Assembly (NCBI GenBank): GCA_016699125.1
Contig: CP064961.1
Coordinates: 920,281-984,280 of the forward strand
Source: a bacterium
GTDB taxonomy: Bacteria; Babelota; Babeliae; Babelales; Vermiphilaceae
Length of the DNA stretch: 64,000 bases
Reading direction: 5' to 3'
How positions within the stretch are numbered: position 1 is the first letter of the stretch; every line of letters starts with the position of its first letter. Both the position numbers and the translations under genes were made by a program. The notes under the pieces were generated by a model that saw only the letters and a list, made by a program, of their open reading frames with translations, was not told the origin of the DNA and ran no database searches. Below, piece by piece: positions 10,212-21,117 of this stretch.

Positions 10212-11318
10212 ATGTGTTTTAAAAGGTTTTTTTCCAGCTTTTTATTCGGAGTAAGCCTTCTGTTTGCGCAGGGCCCGAATCATACTGTGCCTGAAAGGAT
10301 ACAGATTTCCAGATTTTATACCTCAAATCGATCAATCAAAGGATATGCAAGCTATATACTTATCAGATGCTTTGCCGCTGTACGAAATTATTGCGTTGCC
10401 TGTTTTGAGGATTGGCACCATTATTTGTATGGACACTATATTGATAGGTACACGATCAACACCAATCTTGAAGAACTGAAAAGTAATTTACAACAAAGTT
10501 TAAAAGATTCCAATTCAAAACTGTGGCAAACACTGCAAGAATACAAAACGGTCAAGGAGGTTGTAGCAGCAATTGACAAAAAAGAAACCCAATTGAAAGA
10601 TGAGCTTTTCCATGACGTTGAAGCATTTTTAATCGCAAACTACGACAAAGAGATCGCAACAGAACTGAAAAATGAGGCCGAATGTCTCAAGTTGCGCAAT
10701 TATAAAACGACTAACCCTAAAAATGTCATTCATGAGCTCAGTCCAACAACCCCATATATTTTAAAAATTATCAAGCTCTGTGGTATTGACCCAAAATATG
10801 TATCAATCAGATTTAAAGATACTATTCCATGGGGCAATGGCCAAGCTCAAAAACACAGTGAATTAAATGATTACGAAATAAACCTTCCGTACGGAAACCT
10901 GTATTTTAAAAATGTATCTTTTTTACCTTTTGTAGTTTTACATGAATGTTCACACATTTTATTGAAACATCCTGATACCAAACATTTGGTACATTTTCTT
11001 GAGGCTAAATTAAAAAAACGTAACGCCAAGTTTGAATGGCCACCTGAACTTTTCAAAAAATATGCCTTACTTTTACGCACACAAGAGCTTCATGCAGACC
11101 TATGTATGTTTTGTCAACTGCAAGGTAAAGTTTCAAAGAAAATTTTGAATAGTTTTATACAAGAAAGTTTATATTGGTCAGTTGCCCATATTAATCGTGA
11201 TTATACACACCGCAGTCCATTGTGGGAAGAAGACAATGATTCAACTGAAGCTTATCATACCTATTACATTCGGTTTGCATATGCAATGCGAATATATGAG
11301 CTTTTAAATCAAAAATAG
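10212..11318 (+). CDS. secreted HExxH-motif protein (putative zinc metalloprotease-like), paralog A of a tandem family
   Basis: 368 aa. Signal peptide. VVLHECSHILLKH contains HExxH. Shares the N-terminal helical module (LQQSLKDSNSKLWQTLQEYKTV) and the C-terminal EEDNDSTE...FAYAMRIYELLNQK with the next ORF. Confidence 0.6.
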   Translation: MCFKRFFSSFLFGVSLLFAQGPNHTVPERIQISRFYTSNRSIKGYASYILIRCFAAVRNYCVACFEDWHHYLYGHYIDRYTINTNLEELKSNLQQSLKDSNSKLWQTLQEYKTVKEVVAAIDKKETQLKDELFHDVEAFLIANYDKEIATELKNEAECLKLRNYKTTNPKNVIHELSPTTPYILKIIKLCGIDPKYVSIRFKDTIPWGNGQAQKHSELNDYEINLPYGNLYFKNVSFLPFVVLHECSHILLKHPDTKHLVHFLEAKLKKRNAKFEWPPELFKKYALLLRTQELHADLCMFCQLQGKVSKKILNSFIQESLYWSVAHINRDYTHRSPLWEEDNDSTEAYHTYYIRFAYAMRIYELLNQK

Positions 11319-11334
11319 AAGGAAACAGATTAAA

Positions 11335-12447
11335 ATGAAACGGTATCACAAAATGAATAGTAAAAAACTTTTTTTCAGCTGTATATTAATCACAAATTTT
11401 GCACATGATGCTTTTGCAGAGCCATGGCTTTCAAAATTGTATACTTTTGTAGAAACAGTGAAAGAATGTGCAAAATATATCATTAATGGAGGCCCTTGCG
11501 TAACAGACGGAAAAACAACGGCCTATTTTGAAGTATTTAGTGACGATAAGAGCTCAATCTGTGTTCCTAGAGAAATAGTAATTCATATGGATCTTGACGA
11601 GTTACAAAATAACTTACAAAAAAGTTTAAAAAATTCGAACTCAAACCTCTGGAAAACTCTACAAGAATACAAAACCATTGACGAGCTGGTGGGCACAATC
11701 CAAAAAAAAGAAAATCAACTCAAAGATGAACTATGCAATGAGATTGAAACATTTTTAATCGCAAACTATGACGAAGAAACCGCAACAGAATTTAAAAATG
11801 AATATGAAAAGCAAAAGAATCTTACTTACAAAACTATTGATTCCAAAGCTGTTGTGCATGATCAAAATAAAAGAGCTCCATATATCTTAAAACTCATGGA
11901 TCTCTGTGGAATAGATCATCGCTATGTATCGATCAGATTTTGGCCCATGTTTGAATTTTTTTTTGACGCATATGTTAATCGAGACGATACCTCTTATATT
12001 TATAAAATGGTTTTACCATACTTCGATCTTACTTTTAAAAACATATCATTGTTTCCCTCTATAATTTTACCTTTGTTTGCACATATTCTATTAAAACATC
12101 ATGAAACTTACTATTTAATGAACTTTATTGAATACAAAATCAGAAAACAGAATACTAAATTTGAATGGCCAGCTGAAATCACAAAAAAATTGTATTCACT
12201 CATGAGAACAGAAAAATTACACGCACATATCTATATGTTCAAAAAGCTGCAGTATACTTGTACAAAAAAAGAGCTAATCGATTTTGCAAAAATAAGCTTG
12301 TATGCATCAACTTTCATGACACAGTACATCTGCAAAGATTATGCTCCAGTATGGGAAGAAGACGATGACTCAACAGAGTTTTTTATAATGCCTTACATTC
12401 AGTTCGCATATGCAATGCGAATCTATGAGCTTTTAAATCAAAAATAG
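11335..12447 (+). CDS. secreted paralog B of the same family with degenerate HExxH (LFAHILLKH)
   Basis: 370 aa. Collinear with paralog A, identical C-terminal 15 aa. Metal-binding H and E replaced. AAGGAA SD-like motif upstream. Confidence 0.6.
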   Translation: MKRYHKMNSKKLFFSCILITNFAHDAFAEPWLSKLYTFVETVKECAKYIINGGPCVTDGKTTAYFEVFSDDKSSICVPREIVIHMDLDELQNNLQKSLKNSNSNLWKTLQEYKTIDELVGTIQKKENQLKDELCNEIETFLIANYDEETATEFKNEYEKQKNLTYKTIDSKAVVHDQNKRAPYILKLMDLCGIDHRYVSIRFWPMFEFFFDAYVNRDDTSYIYKMVLPYFDLTFKNISLFPSIILPLFAHILLKHHETYYLMNFIEYKIRKQNTKFEWPAEITKKLYSLMRTEKLHAHIYMFKKLQYTCTKKELIDFAKISLYASTFMTQYICKDYAPVWEEDDDSTEFFIMPYIQFAYAMRIYELLNQK

Positions 12448-12459
12448 AAGGAACTAAAC

Positions 12460-13023
12460 ATGTTTAAATCTACTTTTTTTAAAACAGTTTTTTGTATTAT
12501 ATTCGTACACGCGATGCGTGCTACGCAGGTCGAACTTGAAAATTATCAAACTACAATTATTCCGTATCCTGAACAACTTGAACAGTTTACCAATCAGGTA
12601 CAAAAAGCACTCCAAGAACCCGCTTCAGCTTTGTACAGTCAACTTTCAGAATATAATAACATTGATGAGCTGATTCAGTATGCACTATTGCGTCAAGACG
12701 AAGCAAAAAACGCATATTTAAACGAGGCTACAGGTCTCCTCCAGCAAAACACAGAAGAGATAAAAGAGATTGGTATGAACCTGTTACGTTCGTTTGATCG
12801 CGCAACCGAAATCGCTGTGTATGAATTTCCTGATGCGCCAACAGACCATCCATGGTTGACACAGATCAAAAAAATTATCAATCGCTACGATTACGATGAA
12901 ACAACCTACAAAATAGAATTTAGCCAAAATGAGCCAGGGGATATTGTTCCAGAGATATACATAGTACCACATGAACCAGAGCTTCATGTAGCCATGCAGT
13001 ATGTAACCTGTAGCGCAAAATAG
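12460..13023 (+). CDS. secreted short paralog C (N-terminal helical module only)
   Basis: 187 aa. Signal peptide. LQEPASALYSQLSEYNNIDELIQ resembles LWKTLQEYKTIDELVG of paralogs A and B. Confidence 0.45.
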   Translation: MFKSTFFKTVFCIIFVHAMRATQVELENYQTTIIPYPEQLEQFTNQVQKALQEPASALYSQLSEYNNIDELIQYALLRQDEAKNAYLNEATGLLQQNTEEIKEIGMNLLRSFDRATEIAVYEFPDAPTDHPWLTQIKKIINRYDYDETTYKIEFSQNEPGDIVPEIYIVPHEPELHVAMQYVTCSAK

Positions 13024-13131
13024 CATGGCCTTGAATCAAAAAATCCTGATTTAGATTTTCTGATTTCACGCAGCATAATACAGTTAGCATCTGGTCAAAT
13101 TGCTCAAACTGCTTATGCGCAAGAGTTAAAC

Positions 13132-13449
13132 ATGTTATTCAAGCCAGATGAAAAGATCTTTGATCTGTTTAATGACTGGCAAAGGAAACAGGAATTTGTA
13201 GCTGATCTTTTGCCTTTGCACTCACAATTTTTAAAAGTTACCGAAAAAGATCGTAAAAACTATATTGACCAAGCAAAAAGATTCTTAGCATTGCACGTGT
13301 ATATCGATGAAGCACATTCGACTATGCATGGTTTGAAATCAAACCTCTGGCAAGCTTTACATGCTGAAAATAAGGCTTCTCGGTATCCAAGTTATGCGGC
13401 AAGACTCGCATGGATATTCAAGTCAGAGGAGCTATTACACCTTCACTGA
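13132..13449 (+). CDS. hypothetical protein (start uncertain, may begin earlier with a non-ATG codon)
   Basis: 105-aa ORF. In-frame open sequence upstream back to the stop at 13021. Confidence 0.3.
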   Translation: MLFKPDEKIFDLFNDWQRKQEFVADLLPLHSQFLKVTEKDRKNYIDQAKRFLALHVYIDEAHSTMHGLKSNLWQALHAENKASRYPSYAARLAWIFKSEELLHLH

Positions 13450-14654
13450 CCAACGGTAAACGAAAGCTGCATCAGTGGACTGTAAATACCAAAAACTAAT
13501 AACGCGATACAAAGCCCCAATACTATTAATAAGGTTGGGCCAATCAAAAAAACTATCCTATTTAACAGTTGATCTAAATATGAAAAGGTACTGCTTCCAA
13601 TTTTTTGACTGGCAGAGCCAACTGTATTGGTCTCTTGGGCAATGCGAATGACCATTATTTGATGAAGCGTAAACAGTTCTAGATGTTGTGCTAATGCAAA
13701 TGATAGCGACCTGCCACTTTGTAATTGCAATGAAATCTTTTGCAGGCTCACATGCAACTTCGTATCTTTATCAACCATATTGGCAATCATATAGACAGCT
13801 TGATCAACTTTGATACCTGCTTGAAGCAGCACACCAAGAAAAGAAAAAAATTGCGCCTGATCATATGCATGCTTAATCAGACGTAAAAACGGAAGGCGTA
13901 ATAGCAAAAACTCTTTCACTGCTTTATATTGTTTTGATTGCCTCACAAAATAGATCAGTATTACGATCAAAACAGACATGCTCAAAACCATCAACAAATG
14001 TGAAACATCATGCAGCCACGCACTGAGCTGAATCATGTATTGCGTTGATGTAGGCAAGGTTATACGCATACTTTTAAATATATGTGCAATATGTGGCACA
14101 AAGAAAAAGAAAAACATAAATGCCACTATTAAAAGAAAAACTGCTGTTACTAGAGGCATCATGAGCGCATTGTATATTTTTTTATGAAAATTCGCTTGTG
14201 TTTGATAATATGCTGCAAGTAACTTACATACAACCTGCATATTATTTGTCTCTTGTCCAACAAAAAAAGCTTGGCATGCAAAAGAATCAAAAAAAAATGT
14301 ATACGACTTCAATGCTTCGTAAATTGATAACCCATCAGACAGTTTTTGACTTACACCTAAAAATACTTCCTGTATTTTAGGATTTTGAGACTGTCGTCCT
14401 ATCATTAGGCATGCATCGGTAATATGCAGACCATATTCTAATAATTCATTCAAAAGCATGAAAACATCTGCTTTGTCCTGTGATGTAATCGACCATTGAA
14501 ACATAAGCCATGAAGTGTCTTTTGCACCAAGTAACGCAATATGCATCTTAAAAAGCTCTTCATCCAGCTGTTGCACCGACTGAGCAAACAGATAACCATT
14601 CTTGGTCTTTCCCTGAACTGTAAGACCCCTCCATTTATAATAAGGCATCTGCAA
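13443..14654 (-). CDS. gspF: type II secretion / type IV pilus platform protein (GspF/PilC family)
   Basis: 403 aa. Two GspF-type repeats, three TM segments, length and N-terminal features typical of the family. No gspE/gspD neighbours. Confidence 0.8.
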   Translation of the reverse strand: MQMPYYKWRGLTVQGKTKNGYLFAQSVQQLDEELFKMHIALLGAKDTSWLMFQWSITSQDKADVFMLLNELLEYGLHITDACLMIGRQSQNPKIQEVFLGVSQKLSDGLSIYEALKSYTFFFDSFACQAFFVGQETNNMQVVCKLLAAYYQTQANFHKKIYNALMMPLVTAVFLLIVAFMFFFFFVPHIAHIFKSMRITLPTSTQYMIQLSAWLHDVSHLLMVLSMSVLIVILIYFVRQSKQYKAVKEFLLLRLPFLRLIKHAYDQAQFFSFLGVLLQAGIKVDQAVYMIANMVDKDTKLHVSLQKISLQLQSGRSLSFALAQHLELFTLHQIMVIRIAQETNTVGSASQKIGSSTFSYLDQLLNRIVFLIGPTLLIVLGLCIALLVFGIYSPLMQLSFTVGQ

Positions 14655-14660
14655 CTATCC

Positions 14661-14951
14661 TTATAAAAGTTTGATCTGGTTTTCAATACCCAATAACTGT
14701 AACACTACTTCTAAAGTCAACGGAGTTGCAACCGCTATCCTTTTTTTCCGAGAGGTCGCTCCATTTACAATCGACACATCTTGTTGGACAAGGCCCAAAA
14801 TACCTGCGATATATTTTACTAATTCGCAATTAGCTTTCCCTCCCTCAGGAGGGCTTTTTAAGAAAAGTTTTATCCTACCATTTTTATCTTTAAGGATAGC
14901 TTGCCTTCCTGACAAGGGAACTACAACTAAGTCGATAAAAACCCGCTTCAC
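14661..14951 (-). CDS. DUF167 (YggU) family protein
   Basis: 96 aa. PPEGGKANCELVKYIAGILG matches the YggU PPVDGQANSHLVKFL core. Confidence 0.65.
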   Translation of the reverse strand: MKRVFIDLVVVPLSGRQAILKDKNGRIKLFLKSPPEGGKANCELVKYIAGILGLVQQDVSIVNGATSRKKRIAVATPLTLEVVLQLLGIENQIKLL

Positions 14952-15060
14952 TTGCGCTCCATCCCTTCAGATTAGCAAACATGAACGTAAAACAATGGAT
15001 ATGATTAATACGTAGCTAATACATCCTCAAAGCACAGCAAACAAACAAACAACAGTTCAT

Positions 15061-16749
15061 TTAAATATTATTGCTATTTTGGGTATTTTTATCATCTTTT
15101 TTATTCATAGAATCCAGAAAATCGCGATTTACTTTGTGCTTTTTCATCTTTTCAATCAAAAATTCCATCGCTTCGATTGTATTCATATTGGATAAAAATT
15201 TTTGTAAAATCCATACACGATTTAAATCCTCTTCAGGATATAACAGATCGTCACGACGCGTACCAGAGATTAAAAGGTCAAAGGCAGGGAAAATTCTTTT
15301 ATTAGATAGTTTACGCGTCATATGCATTTCCATATTTCCCGTACCTTTAAACTCTTCATAAATCACTTCATCCATTCGCGAACCATTATCAATCATAGCA
15401 GTAGCCATAATTGTTAAAGATCCAGCTTCTTCAGTTGCTCGCGCTGCCCCGAAAAAACGTTTTGGACGCTGTAATGCATTCGCATCAATACCACCAGTCA
15501 ATATCTTACCGGAGGCAGGCGCAATGGTATTATAAGCACGGGCAAGACGGGTCAAAGAATCTAAAAGAATCACAACATCTTTACCACACTCTACAAGCCG
15601 TTTTGCTTTTTCAAGAACCGTTTCTGCAACCTGCACATGTCTTTCTGCAGATTCATCAAACGTAGAACTGATCACTTCAGCGGTAAAACCTTTTACCGTT
15701 CGTTCCATATCAGCAACTTCTTCAGGACGTTCATCTACAAGCAACACAATCAAAAATACTTCAGGATGATTTGCGATAATACTTTGTGCAAACTCTTTTA
15801 CAAGAAGAGTTTTACCCACTTTGGGTGGGGCAACAATTAAACCACGTTGACCTTTACCAACTGGTGTAAAAAGATCCATGATTCTGGTTGCAAATTTTGT
15901 AGGTTCATGCTCTAAATTAAATTTTTTAGAAGGATGCAAAGGGCTTAGTCTTTCAAAATGTGGCCTATCGATAAGTGAGGCTGGATCCTGATAGTTAATT
16001 TTATTGACCTTAAGTAGTGCAAAATATTTTTCACCCTCTTTTGGTTTTCTAATAACCCCATTAATCATATCACCAGGTCGCAAATTAAATCTTCTAATTT
16101 GTGATGGTGAAACATACACATCATCAGGACCAGATACATAATCATAATGAGCTGAACGCAAAAACCCAAATCCATCAGGCAGTTTTTCTAATACCCCCTC
16201 AACTTCCATTTCCAAATCTGGATGAGCTTGAACATATTTAATTCTTTCAATAAGTTCAATTTTGCTTTTCAAAGTTGAACCTACAATACCAAGTTTTCGC
16301 GCGTATCCTATAAGCTCATTTAATGAACGTTCTTCAAAAGGTCGATTGTCATTAAAGGTTGCTTGCTGTGCAGATCCACCTTTATCTTGAGATTGACCAT
16401 CAGCAGTATTTTGTGATTGATGTGTAACATGACGCGGGCGCTGCTCATTACGTTCTTGGTAAGATCTTGGCGAACGACGTCGTACATTACCTGATTGATT
16501 TCTGCCTGAGCTATTACCTTGATGAGGTCTAACAGCATAATCAGTTTCATTATGAGCACCTAAATCAGCAGCTTTTTCAGTAGTAACCGGTTCGGTTTTT
16601 TGTACTAGCGCCAATTGATGAACAGCTGATTCATCCTTGGGATGATCAACAACAGATTGTTGCGCAGATACTTCTGAAGAACCTTCAAAAGTTCCCACTT
16701 CTTTCTCTTTTTCACTTATCACACCAACTCCTACTGTTTGAACATACAA
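15061..16749 (-). CDS. rho: transcription termination factor Rho with ~140-aa polar low-complexity N-terminal extension
   Basis: PDGFGFLR, Walker A APPKVGKT, and the Q/R-loop region conserved. The extension, rich in Q/S/N/R, precedes the N-terminal helix bundle. Start codon not certain. Confidence 0.9.
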   Translation of the reverse strand: MYVQTVGVGVISEKEKEVGTFEGSSEVSAQQSVVDHPKDESAVHQLALVQKTEPVTTEKAADLGAHNETDYAVRPHQGNSSGRNQSGNVRRRSPRSYQERNEQRPRHVTHQSQNTADGQSQDKGGSAQQATFNDNRPFEERSLNELIGYARKLGIVGSTLKSKIELIERIKYVQAHPDLEMEVEGVLEKLPDGFGFLRSAHYDYVSGPDDVYVSPSQIRRFNLRPGDMINGVIRKPKEGEKYFALLKVNKINYQDPASLIDRPHFERLSPLHPSKKFNLEHEPTKFATRIMDLFTPVGKGQRGLIVAPPKVGKTLLVKEFAQSIIANHPEVFLIVLLVDERPEEVADMERTVKGFTAEVISSTFDESAERHVQVAETVLEKAKRLVECGKDVVILLDSLTRLARAYNTIAPASGKILTGGIDANALQRPKRFFGAARATEEAGSLTIMATAMIDNGSRMDEVIYEEFKGTGNMEMHMTRKLSNKRIFPAFDLLISGTRRDDLLYPEEDLNRVWILQKFLSNMNTIEAMEFLIEKMKKHKVNRDFLDSMNKKDDKNTQNSNNI

Positions 16750-16881
16750 ACATTATGCAAACTCCTGCAATCTTACGCGAAACATCGATAAGGTGAATTT
16801 TAAATATCAAAATCTAGAAAAAAATACTAAACATTTTTTTGAAAGTATTACCCAACATAACCAAAATCAAAAAAACCTATT

Positions 16882-17763
16882 TTATCGTGGCTCACGATAA
16901 AATAACATCATAATTGGACTTGCAATATAGATAGACGAATAAGTACCAAAAAGTATGCCCACTAAAAGCGCAAATGAAGATGTATGCAACGCCTTTCCGC
17001 CAAATAAAAACATTGCAAGCACAGGCAATATAGTTGACAAACTTGTCAAAATTGTGCGCGTCAAGGTACGGTTTATACTTTCATTGACAACGTCAGCTAA
17101 GTCCTGATTCTTCCTACGCGCTAGATCCTGTCTAATTCTTGAAAAAATAACAATCGTATCATTGATTGAATAACCTAACACAGCCAAAATTGCTGCAATA
17201 ACATTCATTGATATCTCTTTGTCGAAAAAAAACAACATTGCAAGCATCGCTATAGAATCATGCAAGAGTGCAAACACTGCACCAAGAGCAAAAGCCACAG
17301 ACCAAAAACGGAATGCTATATACAAAAGCATAGCTAAAAGGGATATCAGAATCGCTTTGAAAGACTTAGTCCTCAGACTTTCACCAACTGCTGCACCAAC
17401 ACCTTCTGTTTGAAGAATTTCTAAAGGCCCTTGCACAACGGGTTCTAATACTGTACGTATTTTTTCTGCAAGACCTTTTGGATTATTCGAGAAATCTTGT
17501 ACCTTCACCATGAATTCATTATTTTCAAATAACCGCACATCCGCATTAAGCCATCCATTAGTAGACAATGCATTCATCAAATCATCTACATTGACAGGAA
17601 CATTAGCCTTGCAAAGAACCTGTGTACCGCCGGTAAAGTCGATGCTGTAAGAAAAAACTATACCCCTGTCAAGATATTGACGAACCGCCATAACGCAAAA
17701 AGCACCCAAAAAAAGGAATGAACCAAACGCAACAACCGCACGATATTTAATAAATTGAATCAC
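16882..17763 (-). CDS. secF: protein-export membrane protein SecF
   Basis: 293 aa, six TM, collinear with SecF. No secD adjacent. Confidence 0.85.
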   Translation of the reverse strand: MIQFIKYRAVVAFGSFLFLGAFCVMAVRQYLDRGIVFSYSIDFTGGTQVLCKANVPVNVDDLMNALSTNGWLNADVRLFENNEFMVKVQDFSNNPKGLAEKIRTVLEPVVQGPLEILQTEGVGAAVGESLRTKSFKAILISLLAMLLYIAFRFWSVAFALGAVFALLHDSIAMLAMLFFFDKEISMNVIAAILAVLGYSINDTIVIFSRIRQDLARRKNQDLADVVNESINRTLTRTILTSLSTILPVLAMFLFGGKALHTSSFALLVGILFGTYSSIYIASPIMMLFYREPR

Positions 17764-17830
17764 GACTTCTCCACTTACTTCTGTATGGTTTCCATGAAAA
17801 TCATACGAAAATTTCTAAATAAATTTTTTT

Positions 17831-18088
17831 TTAAGGTAAAGGTATAATCGAAATATAACGGCGCCCTTTTCGTCCATAGTGAAAACGGACAGATCCTTCA
17901 TCTATAGCAAACAAGGTATCATCACCACCCCTACCAACACCACTACCAGGATGGAAGTTCGTACCACGCTGTCTTACAAGTATTTCACCCCCTGTAACTT
18001 TCTCTCCACTAAAGATCTTAACGCCTAAACGTTTGCTTTCGCTATCGCGACCATTCTGTGTAGAACCACCAGATTTACTTGTTGCCAC
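17831..18088 (-). CDS. rpmA: 50S ribosomal protein L27
   Basis: [18 protein letters not shown]...VRQRGT.FH.G matches the L27 signature. No rplU upstream. Confidence 0.9.
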   Translation of the reverse strand: MATSKSGGSTQNGRDSESKRLGVKIFSGEKVTGGEILVRQRGTNFHPGSGVGRGGDDTLFAIDEGSVRFHYGRKGRRYISIIPLP

Positions 18089-18212
18089 CGCACTTCCTTC
18101 AAAGTTTTAAAAATTCTGATTACTATCCGAAATGAACGAGTCTTACATTGCCTCTTTCGACATTATTCCATCTTATTCAAAAAAGTCAAGCCGATTTCAT
18201 GCAGAAAAAAAT

Positions 18213-20963
18213 TTACTTACTCACCTCTTTCCAATTATGGCCCATTTTAAATGTAACTTCAAATGGTATATTCCATGATTGAACGGGACTTTTTAAGGAC
18301 TCTTCGATAATCGATTGAGCTTCAACCATGCATGTCAAAGGCGTTTCCAGTATTAACTCATCATGAATCTGTAATAACATTTTAATATCAGTTTTTGATT
18401 TTTTAATTCCTAAATCTAATGCTATCATACCTTTTTTAACAATATCAGCGGCAGTTCCTTGAATAACACTGTTAACCGCTACGCGACAGGCTTCTTGGTA
18501 TAAGTTCTTATTTTTTTGATTAATATTGGCAATATATCTTTTTCTGCCCCAAAATGTTTTTATATATCCATCTTTTTGAGCCTGTGCAATAACAGTGTCC
18601 ATCCACTCGCGCACAGACGCACAATGAGCAAAGTACCCATCAATATACAGTTGCGCGTTAGTATGTGAAATTTTAAGCTCTTTTGAAAGACTATGCGCAC
18701 CCTGTCCATATAAAATAGAAAAATTAATTCGTTTTCCAATCTGCCTTTGTTCAGAGGTAACCTGATCAATAGTAGTTTTGAAAATACCGGCAGCAGTCAT
18801 TGCATGAATATCTATCTTTTCATCAAATGCTTTTAATAGCGCTTTGTCTTGCGTCATATATGCAAGCACACGCAGTTCAATCTGTGAATAATCCACACTA
18901 ATCAGCATTTTTCCAGGCGATGCGATAAACGCCCTTCGTACTTCTAGTCCAAGGCCAGAAGCAGGAATATTTTGTAAATTCGGCTCAGAACTTGACAATC
19001 TCCCTGTTGCGACAATGGTTTGACTAAAAGATGTATGTATTCGCCCTGTTTTTGGATTTACAGCCAGAGGTAAACTCTCAACATACGTATTTTGAATTTT
19101 AGCCAATTCTCGATACTGCAACATAAGTTTAATGACAGGATGTAGTTCCTCTAGCTGTTGCAACACACCCTGATCAGTTGAATAACTACCACTCTTTGAA
19201 AGCTTTTTTTGCGGGGGAAGGTGCAATTGATTGAATAAAAACTGTTCTACCTGTTTTGGCGAATTGAGATTAAATGGCTCATTCGCAAAAGAAAATATAT
19301 GTTCTGAAGTCTTTTGTAAAAGCTCTGTTATTGTTACTCCAAGCTCTTTTAAAACTTGAAGATCAATCAGTATGCCCTCGCATTCCATCTGGCATAAGAT
19401 CGAAACAAGTGGATGCTCAACTGTTGTATAATATTCAAGCTCATTCTGATCGCTTAATGCTTGCAATAAAAGCGGTACCAGTTTTTGTGTCTGCATCGCA
19501 TCAGCGGCCGCGTAAAGAGTCGCCATTTGCATGGGAACCTGTGCAAAGGTATCATATTTTTGACTCGCAACGACCTCATCAAACGTAAGCATTGCTTCTT
19601 GAAAATATTTTTCAGACAACACTTTGAGCCCAATTTTTTGCCACTCCGGATTTACCAAGCGCGCCGCAATCATGGTATCAAGTTCCAAGCCTTTAATTTC
19701 AACACCATGAGTTTTGAATACAAGCATGTCAAATTTGGCATTATGCATATATTTTTTAATGGCAGGATCTTCTAACAATGGCTTTACATGTTTTATGACA
19801 ATCTCATACGGAATCTGCTGGTCTGTTTCATGGTGACAGGGAATATAGTATGCACAATCATCATCGGTTGCAAGCGAAACACCAACCAACTGGCTCAGTA
19901 ACGGATGTTTGCCATCAGTTTCAGTGTCAACTGCGCATTCTCTTTTTGCTTTTATTTGCTCAACAAGCAGTACAAGCTGCTTTTCATCAAGCACGGTGAT
20001 CAGTTTTTTTGTTTTCCAAAACTCAAGCTTTTTTTCAAAAGCCGTAGGATCTGAGATTGATTGCGTATGTAAACCAAATAAACTTAAGTTTTGATCGGTT
20101 GCTTGAAACTGTTTTACAAGCGAATGAAACTCAAGCTCAACAAATAATGGCATTGCACCTGCAAGCTGTGTGATGTTAAAACTGTAATCACTTTTTGGTA
20201 ACATGATCTGATAGTAACGCAGAGTGAAAAGCTCTAAGCTCAGATAGGCATTAGCTTTATGTGCAAGCAACGCATTAGCTACTTTTGGTTTCAGTTTTTC
20301 TATATTTTTGTAAAGCTCGTCCATGTTTTCATACTGAGCCACCAACTCCGTTGCAGTAACCTTGCCAATACCAGCAACACCAGGAATGTTGTCCGAACTG
20401 TCACCAACGAGCGCATAAAAAAGAGTAACTCTTTCTGATTGAAAGCCATGTTTTTCAAAAAACAGTTTCTGATCAATAAAAACCTCTTTGAGTGGATCAT
20501 ACATAATAATAGCATCTTGCAACGCCTGCTGCATGTCTTTATCTGACGTAACCAGTACCGCAGACATGTTCCACTTGTCCGTTGCATCAAGCGCCAATGA
20601 ATACATAATGTCGTCAGCTTCTATGCCCTCTTTTTCCACCGCGCAGATGCCGGCAAGCTCGATAAATCGCTTGATGTAATCCTTTTGAACAAACAGATCA
20701 TCCGGTGGTGCTTGTCGTGTTGCCTTGTATTCAGCAAACAGCTCATGCCGTTCCGTTTTGCCCTTGCTGTCCCACACAATTATCAGTTGGTGCATTGAAA
20801 GTGTTTCTGCAAGCTTTTTAATCATTCTAATAAACGCATAGACTGCCTGAACAGGCACCCCTTTTGAGGTATGTAAAGGTTTCAATCCGTAATATGCACG
20901 ATACAAAAAAGCTGAAGCATCGATCAGAAAAAGTTTATTTTTAGCATCATTACCATTGATCAT
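18213..20963 (-). CDS. polA: DNA polymerase I (5'-3' exo, 3'-5' exo and polymerase domains)
   Basis: LFLIDASAFLYRAYYGL N-terminus. Polymerase motifs DYSQIELR and QIHDEL. Start placed at the internal Met MINGND; the ORF extends to 21059. Confidence 0.9.
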   Translation of the reverse strand: MINGNDAKNKLFLIDASAFLYRAYYGLKPLHTSKGVPVQAVYAFIRMIKKLAETLSMHQLIIVWDSKGKTERHELFAEYKATRQAPPDDLFVQKDYIKRFIELAGICAVEKEGIEADDIMYSLALDATDKWNMSAVLVTSDKDMQQALQDAIIMYDPLKEVFIDQKLFFEKHGFQSERVTLFYALVGDSSDNIPGVAGIGKVTATELVAQYENMDELYKNIEKLKPKVANALLAHKANAYLSLELFTLRYYQIMLPKSDYSFNITQLAGAMPLFVELEFHSLVKQFQATDQNLSLFGLHTQSISDPTAFEKKLEFWKTKKLITVLDEKQLVLLVEQIKAKRECAVDTETDGKHPLLSQLVGVSLATDDDCAYYIPCHHETDQQIPYEIVIKHVKPLLEDPAIKKYMHNAKFDMLVFKTHGVEIKGLELDTMIAARLVNPEWQKIGLKVLSEKYFQEAMLTFDEVVASQKYDTFAQVPMQMATLYAAADAMQTQKLVPLLLQALSDQNELEYYTTVEHPLVSILCQMECEGILIDLQVLKELGVTITELLQKTSEHIFSFANEPFNLNSPKQVEQFLFNQLHLPPQKKLSKSGSYSTDQGVLQQLEELHPVIKLMLQYRELAKIQNTYVESLPLAVNPKTGRIHTSFSQTIVATGRLSSSEPNLQNIPASGLGLEVRRAFIASPGKMLISVDYSQIELRVLAYMTQDKALLKAFDEKIDIHAMTAAGIFKTTIDQVTSEQRQIGKRINFSILYGQGAHSLSKELKISHTNAQLYIDGYFAHCASVREWMDTVIAQAQKDGYIKTFWGRKRYIANINQKNKNLYQEACRVAVNSVIQGTAADIVKKGMIALDLGIKKSKTDIKMLLQIHDELILETPLTCMVEAQSIIEESLKSPVQSWNIPFEVTFKMGHNWKEVSK

Positions 20964-21117
20964 CGCGCACTCATTCATAGGTTTAAGAAAAATTATACGC
21001 AAGAATTCGTTTTTTACAAACTGCTCCGCTTTTGCCTGTTTTTTTGACATTTTGAGCAAAAAACCTCAAACTTATATGAGAAAAATAAAAACATCTGTTT
21101 TAAAATAAGGATTATCT

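Noticed and set aside
14671-15015. 114-aa plus-strand ORF overlapping the DUF167 gene
   Set aside because: The minus-strand ORF has a recognisable YggU/DUF167 signature. The plus-strand ORF has none.
19274-20679. Several 60-100-aa ORFs inside polA on both strands
   Set aside because: All lie within the conserved polA coding region. They are AT-rich chance ORFs.
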